A stretch of DNA of 64,000 bases from a candidate division FCPU426 bacterium (GTDB lineage: Bacteria; Oederibacteriota; Muellerivitia; Muellerivitales; Muellerivitaceae). Location: assembly GCA_963738405.1 (NCBI GenBank), contig CAVTWJ010000001.1, positions 128,001 through 192,000 of the forward strand. Reading direction: 5' to 3'. The position numbers and the translations under genes are program-made. Every line of letters begins with the position of its first letter. Position 1 is the stretch's first letter. Shown here piece by piece: positions 62,962 through 64,000 of this stretch. The notes beneath the pieces are model-generated. The model had not been told where the DNA came from and ran no database searches. It was given only the letters and a program-made list of their open reading frames with translations.

Positions 62962-63939
62962 ATGAGGATTTTGGTTTTAATGGGCCTGTTTGGGTGCGGA
63001 GTTTGCCATATGCCCCTGTTATGTGCTGAAAAAACAGTAACCATTCGTCTGGTTGATCAAGCTACCGTTGCGGGACCGAATATCGTTTTGGGTGACATAG
63101 CTGTGTTGGACGGTGAGGATAAAGTTGAGGTTGATCGCTTGGACCGAATGGTAGTGGAAAGGGCCGCGCCAATGGGGCAGAAGGTATCCGTTGCCCAAAC
63201 CGCTATAAAAATAGCTCTTAGTCGAGAAGGTTATTCCCCGAATGAGGTTCAACTTGTGGGCGCTGAATCATCCCTGGTTTTGACACAGACCCAGGAAGTG
63301 ACTCCCGGCCAATTGTTAGTGGCTGCTCAATCTTTTATTCTTTCCCAGACCGGGGAAGATCCGAGAAATTTGAAAATTAAGCTTTTGGGGCCGCTAAAAA
63401 ATCTGGTGATCCCAACTGGGAATTTGGGGATTCATTATCGTCCGGCCCTTGTTGGGCAATACGAAGGCGTGCAAATATTAACTGCTGAATTGACCGTTGA
63501 TGGTCGCAGTATTCGATTGGTTCCTGTTAGGTTGGATGCTCAGATTCTTCATGCCGTTGTTCAAACCACCAGGGCCATAAGCAAAGGGGATAAATTTACG
63601 GTTGATAATGTTTCGCTAGGGACGCTTCCCACCTCGCAAATTTTAAAGGGAACCCTTCAACACCTAGATGACGTCTTAGGCCGGAGCGCGGCCTTTGATC
63701 TAAAATCTGGGACTCCGGTTCGTTTTAGCGAAATAAATGACCCTCCGGTTATACGCCACGGTAGCATTGTTCAGGCATTTGTTGAAACCGGAAATATAGA
63801 AATCGTTGTTCATGCGCGGGCCGTCGCCGATGGAAAAGCCGGTGAAGAGATCCTTGTTGAAAACACTGATTCACATAAAATCTTGAAAGCCAAGGTTTTG
63901 GATGAAAACAGTGTTTTAATTGACCCGATGAAGCCGTGA
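62962..63939 (+). CDS. flgA: Flagellar P-ring formation chaperone FlgA
   Basis: Signal peptide, I.LGDIA, SAF domain, C-terminal A..DG..GE.I.VEN..S.KIL.A.V. Confidence 0.88.
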   Translation: MRILVLMGLFGCGVCHMPLLCAEKTVTIRLVDQATVAGPNIVLGDIAVLDGEDKVEVDRLDRMVVERAAPMGQKVSVAQTAIKIALSREGYSPNEVQLVGAESSLVLTQTQEVTPGQLLVAAQSFILSQTGEDPRNLKIKLLGPLKNLVIPTGNLGIHYRPALVGQYEGVQILTAELTVDGRSIRLVPVRLDAQILHAVVQTTRAISKGDKFTVDNVSLGTLPTSQILKGTLQHLDDVLGRSAAFDLKSGTPVRFSEINDPPVIRHGSIVQAFVETGNIEIVVHARAVADGKAGEEILVENTDSHKILKAKVLDENSVLIDPMKP

Positions 63940-63954
63940 GTTGCGGGAGGAAAT

Positions 63955-64000
63955 ATGTGTTATAAAATGTTAAGAATTTTGTGGTTCGGGATGATATGGC
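63955..64000 (+). CDS. Start of next gene (3' truncated); FlgH expected by synteny
   Basis: GGAGG SD then ATG; MCYKMLRILWFGMIW looks like a signal peptide start; identity inferred only from order after flgA. Confidence 0.45.
   Translation, partial: MCYKMLRILWFGMIW

Overview
Bacterial chromosomal window from a diderm organism (FlgA, outer-membrane beta-barrels, a lipoprotein), mostly + strand. 1-15 kb: end of pgpA, cinA, thpR, GT-C-like membrane proteins (one split by a frameshift), a small OM barrel, an M24 peptidase, a TPR-fused penicillin-binding protein, an MBL-fold/dual-cNMP phosphodiesterase and a peroxiredoxin-like lipoprotein. 16-20.4 kb: a 1448-aa secreted protein (expansin-like head, two repeated CBM-like domains, Thr/Pro stalks, T9SS/FlgD-like C-terminal domain) behind a sigma54-type promoter. 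20.5-33.6 kb: housekeeping genes (oxidoreductase, zinc peptidase, tandem thioredoxins, secDF, yggS-proC-yggT-yggU, PNP-mtnA, thioesterase), an unannotated 34-aa bS22-like ORF, a GAF-GAF-GGDEF cyclase and a MerR regulator. 33.8-64 kb: a large flagellar cluster in Firmicutes/Spirochaete-like order (flgBC-fliEFGHIJ-motAB-fliLMYOPQR-flhBAFG-fliA-fapA...flgF-flgG-flgA). It lacks the usual fliK-flgD-flgE and che blocks, has degenerate CheY-interaction motifs in FliM/FliY, and carries two PorV/PorQ-like barrel genes just upstream of the rod/P-ring genes. That flagellar/PorV association, together with the T9SS-like cargo, is the best candidate for an undescribed system. No rRNA, tRNA, CRISPR array or mobile element was recognised. 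All family calls come from motif recognition by eye, not database searches.
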